DNA of 62,008 nucleotides, the filler included. It is 12 parts of 12 records of this genome, joined end to end, with 100 filler letters (N's around TTAATTAATTAA, not from the genome) between each part and the next. Parts side by side here need not be neighbours in the genome. Positions count along the whole stretch, not along the records: positions 11,241 to 19,105 come from SRR7504441_3588; positions 19,206 to 25,582 come from SRR7504441_3589; 10 more parts are not named here. The stretch is one strand, 5' to 3'. The notes under the pieces were generated by a model that worked only from the letters and a program-made list of their open reading frames with translations, was not told the origin of the DNA and ran no database searches. The position numbers and the translations under genes are program-made. This document shows, in pieces, positions 11,241-21,567 of the stretch (its first letter is position 1; each line of letters opens with the position of its first letter).

Positions 11241-12566
11241 AAACAAACCGTTGTTCTGGTAACCAAGATCACCATGCCCCACGCCCTCGCTCATACCAGA
11301 GTCCGCGCTGGCGAATCCGAACGGTGCAATGTGCGCCGGGAAGCTGAGAGCGGAGCAGTTTTTGTACCCCGCTGCTCTGCGGGCTTTAGGGACAAAGTCC
11401 ATCAACGGCTTGAAGAACGAGGACGCCTGATCAATCCGATTGGCCGGATACATTCCCCAAAAGTTTGCTTGGTAGTTGTAGTCTAGAGTGTAGTCCCCGC
11501 TCCACGGTGGGTTGTCTGAGAACACCCACGGCCCAAACAGCGCGGGCGCCACTGTGTCCGGACGACTCGTGCTCCCTGCCAGGAACTGTAGTGAATCCCA
11601 GAGCTGCTGCACTTGCTGGTTCGCAATGCTCACGGAGGTCTGGTTCCAGAATGTGCCCCACCACGATGCGTGCGGCTGCTCGATAGCGGCCATCGCCGCC
11701 GATGCGTCGGTCGCTGCCAGAGCTTTCACTGTCTGCTGTGCCACCGGAAGCGGGTTGCTGCAGCCGGCCCAGGTGTCGCAGAGGTCAGTGTTGGTCACCA
11801 CCGCTGCCAGCAGTGTGAGCTCGCCCGCCACGCCGTGATACACGCAGCTGGCAGCGAGCCCATCCGCAGAGCAGTTGGTCGGCGCAGGCAACCTCTCACC
11901 TACCAGCGCTGTCGCAGTAGCAACAGAGATCGGCTTGGCGGTGAAGCCAAACGGGGTCCGTTGCGCCCATGGCCCGGCGGCCGACCCACCGGCCTTGGTC
12001 GATCCATCCATATCAGCACACGGTGTGGCGTACGGCGGCGGGACCTTACGACCGCAAAGGCTCCCCAGCGGCAGCGACCAGGCTGTCACATTCAAGTCCA
12101 AGGCGCTGGCCGTCTCGATCGCCACCGCCAGCGCCGACCCGTTCGCCGTGCGTTCGCCGAGCAGCACCCTGAGCCGCAGCTGACCTAGCTGGATCCGGGC
12201 CTCGGCTCTGGCCATGTCCAGTTCGGCGCTGAAATTCGCCCCAACCAGCCCGGTGGCCGCCAGCGTGAGTCCGCCCACACCCAGCCGGCGGGGCCCGATC
12301 TGGTCAGCCGCGTTGTCCGACCAGTGCCTGTACTGATTGAGCAGCCACATCTGGTTGAGTCCGAGGTAGAGATGGACTGCGCCAGCCGACGGGTCGGCGC
12401 CGACGGACAGCCCGAGGTCGCCGTTGCCCAGGAACGGCCCTGACGGCAGCGGGGCGTTTGGGGCGCCGGTTGGGTCCATTGGCGGGGCGTCCCAGTGGTA
12501 GACGGTGGACGAGTCCGCGCAGAGCAGCCCCCACCAGCAGAGCAGCCCCCAGCACAGCCTCGACAT
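11241..12566 (-). CDS. Secreted GH95-like glycoside hydrolase (alpha-L-fucosidase-like), 3' partial
   Basis: Signal peptide; GPFLGNGDLG; HASWWGTFWNQTSVSI; LFGPW..PPWSGDYTLDYNYQANFWG..ANR, which resembles the GH95 W.gdyh.niN.qmnyW region. Confidence 0.72.
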
Positions 12567-12650
12567 CAGTGTTCTGGGGTGCCGTTACTGCACTAAAAAT
12601 ATCCTCGATCGAGGAGGTGGGCTGGGCCTCGGCGGTCAGCAGCAGTCGCG

Positions 12651-13620
12651 ATGATGGACGACGAGGAGATGCTCGAGATGCAGCTGCAGGCGCTGGAGGC
12701 GGAGGCCACGCAGTTTGACACGTACGAGGACTACCTGGACTCGCAGATCCAGAAGATCGACCTCTACTACCTGTGAGCCCGGCCCCCCGGCAGCCTGAGC
12801 CTGGCCGCAGCGAGGACGAGGACATGGCCCGGCAGCTGGTGGAGCTGGTGCCTTGACGGGAGGGTCGCCGGCTGATGGCTCGGCAGGGCTTCCGGGGCAC
12901 CAGCGCCGAGACGATGAAGCGGGAGGAGTTTGAGGGCAAGAAGCAGCAGCTGGACGACCTGCGCAAACAGATTAGCAAAAAGGCCAAGAAGACGCTGGCA
13001 TCGCACGGGCGGGACCTGGACGGATACCCGTGTGTGGGCTCAGGGGCGTGAGCGAGCCGTTGGGTAGGTTCTTGCTGACTCTGGCGGACCGCGAGGAGTT
13101 GGTGCGGAGCGGGAAGCTGACCACCATCATCTTCATCCGGGACAAAAACCACAAAGGGCAGGAGATTTCGGGGTACATCGATTATGGCCACCGATTAAAG
13201 ACTGAGAACTTTGAGCTGTATTTTGACGGCAAAAAGAAGGTGTGCACACGCATTGACAGTTACTCAGCCCGCCGTACAGCTGCTGCCCAAGCCGTCCGAC
13301 CTAAGCTATTATAACTGGGAGACACAGACGTCGACCTCCAACCATTCACAAAACTTCCAGGTGCAGGCTGCGCCCCGGGCAGGATGCAAATGCTGCGATC
13401 TTGTGCAGGTCATTGCAGATAATTACGAAGGCCTCCTGTTCAAAAACAAGCGCGACCGCAAGGTGCGAGCCAGAGGCGTGCTGGTGCATAGGCATCGGCC
13501 CAGGTAATCAATGTGGACCCCAAGGCAAAGCCCGGGGACAACTCCCAACGAGTAGAGATAAAGACGCAAGAGTACACTCAAGTGGTTCTATACGATCACG
13601 TGACGAGAAGAAAGAACTAG
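12651..13620 (+). CDS. CFAP299: Cilia- and flagella-associated protein 299 (C4orf22/DUF4464), 7 exons
   Basis: Spliced product [103 protein letters not shown]. Six GT-AG introns of 38-48 nt. Confidence 0.92.
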
Positions 13621-13957
13621 TTTCACTGCGAACGAATCATCCAACTTAGTACCACTGTGCGTTCATTGCACTTGAGGTTACATTCTGCTAATTTTGATGT
13701 TTTTTAAATACATGATCAAAACGTCGTAGTGTACGCAGTAGTCTCATTCCTATCTCCTCCAATAGGTCGCCCCTTTCGAAAGCCGTAGATTAAATCGCCA
13801 GCAAATCTATTGCAGCGTGCCCCCTCGCCAGGATCCTGGCGGGGTGCCGGCGCCTGCCAGCTGTCACCCTCCGCGCCCCTGCTATGCCTCTGATGGGAGT
13901 CACTTCACCGATTCATCACCTCAGAAGCAAGCAACGGCGCCCCATGGCAGCCGCCCT

Positions 13958-15155
13958 CTAGGCGTTGGCTGCCTCAGCTGGAGCTGGTTGCGGCGGCGCA
14001 CCCGCTCCTCTCCTGATTGGCTCAAAGAACGGATGCTCCATCGCCTCAGCAGCAGTCGGGCGCTCCTGGTGGTCGTAACGGAGCAATTTGTCTACGAAGT
14101 CTAAAGCCTCAGCAGATATCAGGTGCTGACACCTGGCCGAGATGAACGCGTCCCACGGCTTTCGCGCGTGCCGCCCGATCACACCATCAAACTGCCTCCC
14201 CAGCCTGATGTTGTATTTCAGCAGGTACTCCTGCAGTTCGTCTGTGCCGAGCACCCGAACAATCCTCACCAGCTGGTCAGTGTTGTCGTGCCCGTGGAAG
14301 AAGGGCTCCTTCCTGAAAATGAGCCCCGCGAACATGCACCCCAGGCTCCAGAGGTCGGTCGAGTAGTCGTACATCTTGTAGTCGACCAGCAGCTCCGGTG
14401 CCTTAAAGTAGCGAGAGGCCACCCGCACATTGTACTCTGTGCCCGGGTGGTAGAACTCAGCCAGGCCCCAGTCGATCAGCCGGAGCTTCCGTTGCTCGTG
14501 ATCGATCATGATGTTGTGCGGTTTGACGTCGCGGTGCATGATCCCGACAGAGTGGCAGAAGTCCAGAGCCTTGAGCACCTCATTTATGTAGTAGCGCACA
14601 TCTATGTCGTCGAACGTGGGGTAGAGCACCTTAAAGTCTGTGTTGTTCACGTGCTCGAAGATCAGCGACGGCGTCTTCGACTGCGGGTCCCGCACCTGCC
14701 CTGCACCCTCAGCGGGCTGCCTGGCCCCGGTGTGGGGGCACCACATCGAGCAGCTTGATGACGTTGATCCCGCCGCACAGATTCTGCAGGATCTTGATCT
14801 CGCGCTTGATCTTCCGCTTCTTCACTGGCTTCAGGATCTTGACAACGCACCTGCGCCCCGCGGCTGGCACTCGCCGGCTCGAAGAGGCGGCGGGGCACTT
14901 TTCTTCGTTGTTGGCGTTGACGCCTTCGAACACCTCACTGTACTTTCCTCGCCCGAGTTTCTTCACCAGCTCGTAGTCGTCCTGCTGCCTGCCGGGCCGC
15001 AGAGGCTCACAGCGCCGCCGGTGTTGGCCGTGCGGTTACCCCCATTCCACCACGAGCGAGTCGTAGTCCCAATACTCCTTCGGCTTCTTCTCGTTCACGT
15101 CCGCGTAGACCCGGGAGCGACTGATCACGTGCCCCTGCAGCGTCCGCGCCGCCAT
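13958..15155 (-). CDS. CSNK2A1: Casein kinase II catalytic subunit alpha, 4 exons
   Basis: [83 protein letters not shown]. Confidence 0.96.
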
Positions 15156-15248
15156 CCCGACACGAGGTGGCTACCCGCTCGCCCCCCTTTGCGACGTGCA
15201 CCCTCGAGGTCCTCGCTGGCTCGATTCCGTTGCCAGCTGCAGTGCATC

Positions 15249-16541
15249 ATGGGCGACATGGCCAGGAGGCTCGTCACTCTGGGGTTGCTGGCGGCGTTTG
15301 CGCACGGGCAGAGCTGCCACGACTGGCCGTCCACCTGCCCGGGCACGCTGCCCCGGATGAGGCAGACCTGGCTGATGAACCTGTCCACCATCATCATGCC
15401 GTGCAACAACACCGGATTCACCGACCCAGCCAGCACCCTCGGCTGGGGGATCGTCGACTTCGATTGGAGCAACTCTAAAGGGACCGGCACCGCCGATGGC
15501 TGGGCTAAGCACAAGCCAATGGACGACGAGGAGCTTCTCTACAAGCAGGTGCAGATGACCGCCGCCGCAACTCCTGGGACTACCGTTTGGGTTTACCGCA
15601 ACACAGTGTATGGCTACCCGTGGTATACCGATGTTCGCCGAATCCTCGAGGACCCGGCGTACTCGGCGTGGTGGTTCAAATTCAAGCCGGAGGGCCCCTG
15701 GTTCTCCAGCAAGTGTGACAGCGCCAACCACACGCTGTGCTCGGACTTGTACCACTCACAGGAACAAAGCCCCGGCTTCCCACATGGCGATGGCGACTGC
15801 CTAGCCCCGGCTTGCGACTGCGGCTCCGTGCCGTGCGGGTTTTATATTTGGAATCACTCGAGCGACGCGATCGTGAATGGTCAGCGCTTCCAGGATTGGT
15901 TTGTGCACGACTATGTGCTCAACTCAGTCGGCTCTTCGCCACTAGTTTCGGGATTCTTCTGGGACGATGTGTGGAACCCGGAGTGTAACATCCACGACCA
16001 GGTCAAGAACACGTGCGAAGATATCGGGCTGACCAAGCCTGAGCTGGCCAAGCTGACCGTTGATTATCAGGCCAACATGGCCGCTCTGCGGAACGCCACA
16101 CTCGCAGCCGGCAAGTTTGCCTGGCAGATGCTTTGGACTGGCGGGCCACCCGACAGCATCGGCGGCACAGGGCTTCGGCCGCTGGTGCAGAAGGGCTCGT
16201 GTGCAGCCGACTTGCGCTCTCTATGCCAGGTGGACAGCCCAGCACAGACCCGTGCGATGGCCTACGGGCTCAACACAGCAGACCCGGCCAGCCTGCCGGA
16301 GCTTGAGCAAGACCTGGCCAATTTCCTTTTGGTCCGGGGCGCGTACTCCTGGCTCGGGCACGGCTGGAGGGGCTGCAGCCGGGAGTACTACTTTCCTTCA
16401 GAGTTCAACCAGGATTACGGAGCGCCCAATGGCCTCTGTGCTGAGACAGCGGCCGGGAGCGGCGTTTTCCGGCGCGAGTTCTCCAAGAGCACCGTTGAGA
16501 TGGATTGCAACAAATGGCAGCCGACCATCCGAATGAAATAA
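15249..16541 (+). CDS. Secreted putative glycoside hydrolase (GH168/GHL15-like), intronless
   Basis: Signal peptide; VWVYRN; GFFWDD; ANFLLVRGAYSWLG; C-terminal DYGAPNG..GVFRREFSKSTVEMDC. Family call is from memory. The true start is inside ORF 14640-16541. Confidence 0.55.
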   Translation: MGDMARRLVTLGLLAAFAHGQSCHDWPSTCPGTLPRMRQTWLMNLSTIIMPCNNTGFTDPASTLGWGIVDFDWSNSKGTGTADGWAKHKPMDDEELLYKQVQMTAAATPGTTVWVYRNTVYGYPWYTDVRRILEDPAYSAWWFKFKPEGPWFSSKCDSANHTLCSDLYHSQEQSPGFPHGDGDCLAPACDCGSVPCGFYIWNHSSDAIVNGQRFQDWFVHDYVLNSVGSSPLVSGFFWDDVWNPECNIHDQVKNTCEDIGLTKPELAKLTVDYQANMAALRNATLAAGKFAWQMLWTGGPPDSIGGTGLRPLVQKGSCAADLRSLCQVDSPAQTRAMAYGLNTADPASLPELEQDLANFLLVRGAYSWLGHGWRGCSREYYFPSEFNQDYGAPNGLCAETAAGSGVFRREFSKSTVEMDCNKWQPTIRMK

Positions 16542-16621
16542 GTCACGTTAATTAAACGATTGTATTGCGTAAAAAACAATGGATATAATCTAAAACCAAT
16601 GAGGCATGAGAGCCCGCAAGA

Positions 16622-18169
16622 TCATGACTTGGCTAAGATGATGGCCGAAGCCAATTGGAACTTGGCGTCTTCATTGTCTTTGTTCCGTAACAGCTCGGCC
16701 TCAAAAGCTAGTATTGCATTCTGAAGATCGCCGGAATTGTAGAGGCTCGTTGCCGTGTCGTACGGGTTCTCGTCCTCGGCGTACGGGTTAGGCAGTGTGA
16801 ACTTGTGTTTGATCCCAGGCTCGCCGGTCAGAGGATTCGGATTTAGGCACAGCGCATCGCCATCCGTGAACTCATCAGCCCATTCACTCTGCCACCCAGC
16901 CAGTGAGCTTTCAGGCAAGCTGCGAGCGTGCCTGCTTCTTGTGGAATTGCTCTGCCCACGTCGGCTCGACCGGGGTCAATACTGGCTCGGCCGGCTTGGC
17001 GGCCCACGGGCCGAGGCCCTGCGGTGCTGAATCCTGTGGGTGAGCACCCTGCTGGTACTCCTGGGACCATTTGGACTGTGCATACTCCTGGGCCCATTGA
17101 GCCGCCTCGTCCATCGGCCGGTTGACCACACCCCCCTCGGCAAACTCGCGCGCCCAGTCGGTGCCCGGGAGCATCTGAGGGCCGTCGTGTTGGATAAGCT
17201 TGCCGTCCTTAATTTCGAGCTCACCAGTCGACATTTTGGTAATAAACTCAACAAACTGCGAGTTGCGCATTTTGGGGTCTCCCTGCAGGCCTTGCACCAC
17301 ATTGGCCGTCAGGCGTCGTGTCTGGGCCTCGTCCAAGTCACGTTCTTGCGGAAGCTCCTTAATCGGCTGCACATTGGAAGGCTCAGGGCCAGCTGCACAT
17401 GATGGCACACCTTGACCTCCACTTCTTGGCCTGCGGTGGCGACGGGCTGTGGCGCCGGTTGCTGAAACGCTTGCGGGTTGAACTGGGGCTGCATCATCCC
17501 CGGCTGCATCATCATCCCCGGTTGCATCATCATCCCCGGTTGCATCATACCCATCTGCGGCTGCATCATACTCATCTGCGGCTGCATCATCCTGCCCTGC
17601 TGCATCATCCCCGGCTGCATAGTTTGCTGTTGCGGCTGCCACCGCGACTCAGCTCCTATTTAGTGGAGCCGGGAGGCGAACCTGCATCCCGGCAAACTCG
17701 CCGGCCCAGTCGCTGCCCTGCTGCTGCTGTTGGAACCAGGCGCCTTGCATCGCCTCCGCAGGCTGCATTCCCTGCGGGCCACGGAACCTATCCTCGCCCA
17801 TTTGATCCCCGGGCATCATCCCTGGCTGCATCCCCCTGCACCCCCGCTCGCCGGCAGGCCCCGCGCGGCCACCCACTGCCAGCCTTGCATGAACGCCGCA
17901 TCCGCGGTGCCATTGCCCATGGGCATCTGACCCATCGGCTACCCACCCACTCAGGCCTCGCTCGCCCTCCGGCCGGCTGCGCACCTGGCCCGGCATTCCC
18001 TCCATCTGACCCGGCATCTGTCCCATCTCCTGCCGGTCGCCCGCGCTCAGCTCGGCAGGCCGAGTCCGGCCACCTGCTGCTGCATCATGTTCTGCGATAG
18101 CTTGCCGATCGCGTTGGCCGAGCCTTGCCCTGGCGCCCCGCACCCGCCGTCCACCATTCCTGCGAACAT
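16622..18169 (-). CDS. PEX5: PEX5-family peroxisomal import receptor with only one TPR remnant (PEX20-like architecture); multi-exon
   Basis: N-terminus MFAGMVDGGCG..ANAIGKL with the conserved Cys; six WxxxF/Y motifs; PEX7-binding box DPKMRNSQFVEFITKMSTGEL; NPY..GDLQNAILAFEAEL then stop. Confidence 0.85.
17485..17620 (-). repeat. Coding low-complexity MMQPG/MMQPQ repeat within the PEX5-like gene
   Basis: Repeated (c/t)tgcatcat(c/a) units on the + strand. Confidence 0.85.
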
Positions 18170-18436
18170 CCTCCGGACCTCTCCCCGTCTGGGCGAGCTG
18201 GCGCGCGGTCTTCACAGACTTGGCTGGTTCTTGAGAGATTTGGGAATGCGGGAATGCGGGAATGCTGACTCCATGGAGTCAATGCACAACTGCCGATAAC
18301 TACAAGTGCTTACTATTTGCTTACACATCAGATGCAGAACCGAAAGGTAAGTGCTCACGGGACGTAGACCTACCGACTATGATTATATTGAGTGAGCAGC
18401 TGTAAAACTTGTGATGGTCCACGTTAAATTAATTAT

Positions 18437-19105
18437 TTAAGAATTTAGCCGCTCAATCTCTCTAGTTAGTTGTGAAGCTCTAAGCATGAGCGCATCCATT
18501 TCACTAGTGCCAATGTTGCCGGCTGTGCCAGTTTCCGTAGCTGAAGTTCGTTGTTCCGGGCGGACGGGAGGCTTTGTGACAGTTCTCTCCTGAGAACTAG
18601 AGTGGAGAGCAACCCCACCACTGGCAGCATGGTCGAAACTCTGTGAGAGATATAGCTCTGTCGACGAATTGAGGTGCCCAGGTTGCTCGAGGGCGCTGCT
18701 AAACGATTCGGCTCCTTCAGCCCATGACATGTAGGCGTCCGAGCCGGTCACCCTTAGCGAGTCTGTAATATGTGGCGGAGTCACAGGTGTTGGCCTGATC
18801 ACAACCGGTGTTGGCTTGATGACAGCCTTGGTGCTCTTGAAATTGACCAAAGCCTCCTGATAAATCTTGTCATAGCACTCTTGATACGTGTTGACATCCC
18901 CCACATCCGCTCGAGCTGTGCTGCCGACAACGGCTTCTTCGCGCTGCGGAAGCAGCCCCATGCCGCTCCTGGCTTTGGCAATTTCTCTATCGACCACGTC
19001 TTGGGCGAGCAGGTCAAGCAGCCGTTCTTGCTCAGCAGCAGTCTGGCGCTCTGGGCCTTTCACTGCCGTGTGTACGCGACTAACTGATGTCGTCTGAGTG
19101 AGCTT
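18437..19105 (-). CDS. 3' part of a hypothetical protein
   Basis: More than 200 open codons reaching the contig edge; no family recognised. Confidence 0.5.
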   Translation of the reverse strand, partial: KLTQTTSVSRVHTAVKGPERQTAAEQERLLDLLAQDVVDREIAKARSGMGLLPQREEAVVGSTARADVGDVNTYQECYDKIYQEALVNFKSTKAVIKPTPVVIRPTPVTPPHITDSLRVTGSDAYMSWAEGAESFSSALEQPGHLNSSTELYLSQSFDHAASGGVALHSSSQERTVTKPPVRPEQRTSATETGTAGNIGTSEMDALMLRASQLTREIERLNS

Positions 19106-19205
19106 NNNNNNNNNNNNNNNNNNNNNNNNNNNNNNNNNNNNNNNNNNNNTTAATTAATTAANNNNNNNNNNNNNNNNNNNNNNNNNNNNNNNNNNNNNNN
19201 NNNNN
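19106..19205. other. Artificial contig-joining spacer
   Basis: N44-TTAATTAATTAA-N44. Confidence 0.98.
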
Positions 19206-20170
19206 GTGCCTGGCAGCCTCCGTCTCCGCCTCTTGAACAACCTTCGCCGCCTCTTTTTCCTTTGTGATCCCTGCCCAAGTTTCATGGGTGTCTTGTCGGC
19301 AAGGTGGCTCTCCATCGTCCTCTCCCCCCGCGGCCCCCACAGCGCCGATTTCGGGTGGCAGTTTGCCTGCGCGCTCTCGAAGTCCGTCGCTCATCCAGGT
19401 GCCATACCGGTCCTCCTGTTGCCCGTTCGGCACCTCGTGAACGGTCTCCTCATCGGAAAAAGAGACTTCCTTTGTGGCCTTCTTATTCTTATTCTTATTC
19501 TCCTCGGCGGCCTGACGCTTTGCTGCCTTCTTCTCCTGCTTGGTAGCGGCCTCACGCCTGGCTGCCTCCTTCACCTCCACAGCCCCGTTTGGGTCTGCCC
19601 GTGTGTGCTTGCGCCCCACGCCGTGTGCGAACCGGCACCCGGCGCCGGCCCGACAGCCGCCCGGCTTTGTGAAGAATTTGCACGGCGCCCGGCTGGCCGG
19701 CCTGGCCTTCCGGGGATGGGGGAGCTCATGCGTGATACCGCGGGCGGGCGTCCAGTCTTGCCCCCCCTTTCCGGCTGAGGACCCAGGGTTCTCCTCGAGA
19801 CTGAGGAGCTCGTAAATGTTGTTGTTGATGTTGTTGTTTGGCGACGCTGCGCATCGCGTTGATTGATTAGCTTGGTGAGGTGAGTCTGTACGGCCCTCCC
19901 CGGGGCTCAAAGCCCCGGGCTGCGAGCATCACCCTGAGCTCGCTGGACCGGCCACGCGCTTTCGTAGCGTGGCTCTACGCGGCGTTGTCTAGGCGCCGTC
20001 CCCCTTCGGGGCCTGTTGCTACCGCTCGGCTCTCTTGGAGCCGAGGGCCCGTGACGCGGGGCAGTGTCTACTCTGTAGAATGGCCCTGGCGTCCTTCCGG
20101 CGTAGCCCGCCGGCTCGCGAGCTCCCATGTGTGTACGAGTCGAGCTGCAGAGGGTTCTGAACCAGCCCCG
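19206..20170 (-). mobile_element. Candidate 5' end of a retroelement-like sequence: structured leader plus a CCCH zinc-finger ORF (3' partial)
   Basis: Intronless A-rich ORF with CKFFTKPGGCRAGAGCRFAH (C-x8-C-x5-C-x3-H), preceded by about 10 hairpins; the contig breaks inside it. No RT or integrase is visible, so mobility is inference. Confidence 0.35.
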
Positions 20171-20225
20171 CGCCAAACTGACGTTATAATAACGGAACGC
20201 CTCCGAGCGCCTTTGGAAGTGCGTC

Positions 20226-21350
20226 ATGAGGACCATCAGTGTCCTGCTGCTCTCTCTGCTCGGTTGCGCCGGGGCGATCCGCTGGGACGAGCTGACCCCC
20301 GAGTACGGGATCAGACAGTTTCAGCGCGAGTTCGGGATCAGCTACGCCTCGCAGGCCGAGACCGACCGTCGCGGAGCGCTGCTGGCCGGCCGGGTTGCGG
20401 CGGCAGTCCGACACAACGCCGATCCGTCCCAGAGCTGGAAACGAGGGATCAACAAGTTCAGCGATCGGACCGAGAGCGAGCTGGCCCGAGGCCGCGGGCT
20501 CGATCGGGCCATGCTGTACCACTCCAAGGAGACCGGGCCAGTGATGGCCGCGCTGGCCAACACCAGCCTGCCGGATCGGCTGGACTGGCGGGAGCACAGG
20601 CCGGCCGTGGTAACACCAGTCAAGAACCAGGGCGGGTGTGGCAGCTGCTGGGCCTTCGCGTCCACTGAGACCCTCGAGTCGCATTGGGCGCTGCACACCG
20701 GGCAGCTACAGGACCTGGCCCCCCAGTTCATCCTGGACTGCACCCCCAACCCCGACAAGTGCGGAGGACAGGGCGGCTGCCAGGGCGGCACAGCCAAACT
20801 GGCGTACGAGCGGCTCAAGGCCTTGACTGGGATCCCCTCGGAGTGGGAGTACCCGTATGTAAGCGGGACGGGCAATCCTGGAGGCAAGTGCCGGGGGCTG
20901 CCGCTCGGACAGGAACACCCGCACTCCGGGGCGATCATGCGGGCGGCCAACGTCACAGGCCACGTATCGGTTACGTCAAACAGCTACTCCGCGGTGATGC
21001 AGGCGCTGCAGCTAGGCCCCCTCACGATCACTGTCGATGCCGGAGCCTGGCACGATTACGAGTCTGGCGTATTTGCAGGCGGGAACCACACCAACCCGTC
21101 GCTGGACCACCTGGTGCAGCTGGTCGGGTACGGCACCGAGGGCGGCAAGGACTATTGGCTCGTACGCAACTCTTGGACTCCAGGCTGGGGTGAGGCCGGT
21201 TACATCAAGCTGCTCCGATCGGCCAGCCCGAGCTGTGGGGTCGATCTGGACCCGGCGGACGGGGACGGCTGCGCGGGCGGGCCTGCCACTGTCAAGGTCT
21301 GCGGACAGAGCGGGATCTTGTACGATGCGGCCTACCCGACCGTCAACTAG
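20226..21350 (+). CDS. Papain-family (C1A) cathepsin L-like cysteine protease preproprotein, intronless
   Basis: Signal peptide, I29 prodomain (GINKFSD), LDWRE..VTPVKNQGGCGSCWAF, LDHLVQLVGYG, YWLVRNSW..WGEAGY. Confidence 0.95.
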   Translation: MRTISVLLLSLLGCAGAIRWDELTPEYGIRQFQREFGISYASQAETDRRGALLAGRVAAAVRHNADPSQSWKRGINKFSDRTESELARGRGLDRAMLYHSKETGPVMAALANTSLPDRLDWREHRPAVVTPVKNQGGCGSCWAFASTETLESHWALHTGQLQDLAPQFILDCTPNPDKCGGQGGCQGGTAKLAYERLKALTGIPSEWEYPYVSGTGNPGGKCRGLPLGQEHPHSGAIMRAANVTGHVSVTSNSYSAVMQALQLGPLTITVDAGAWHDYESGVFAGGNHTNPSLDHLVQLVGYGTEGGKDYWLVRNSWTPGWGEAGYIKLLRSASPSCGVDLDPADGDGCAGGPATVKVCGQSGILYDAAYPTVN

Positions 21351-21567
21351 GCCCTGGAGAGCGAAGCGGCGGCAAGACACGCGCACACGCTCGTATAGCT
21401 GAATACATTGTGAGGGTAGGTGTACCGGTAGAGAGCGAGAAATCTCATCGTTTACAATAGATATGTGTAATTATCATGTAAATTTTTTATGATTGACTTC
21501 GTACAATCATATGTATGTGCACGCCTCAACCGATCAGCACCGCCGGCCTGTGCTCCATCAGATAGCA

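Noticed and set aside
14640-15248. 633-aa + strand ORF apparently overlapping CK2 alpha
   Set aside because: The first ~200 codons are the antisense shadow of CK2. The signal peptide starts at ATG 15249/15258.
19781-19816. IYELLSLEENPGS as a 2A ribosome-skipping peptide
   Set aside because: It has ExNPG but lacks the upstream D and the essential final P of D(V/I)ExNPGP.
20010-20075. Twister ribozyme on the minus strand (ACACUGCC..CCAAG resemblance)
   Set aside because: The UAA cleavage context and pseudoknot pairings could not be built; simple hairpins explain the sequence.
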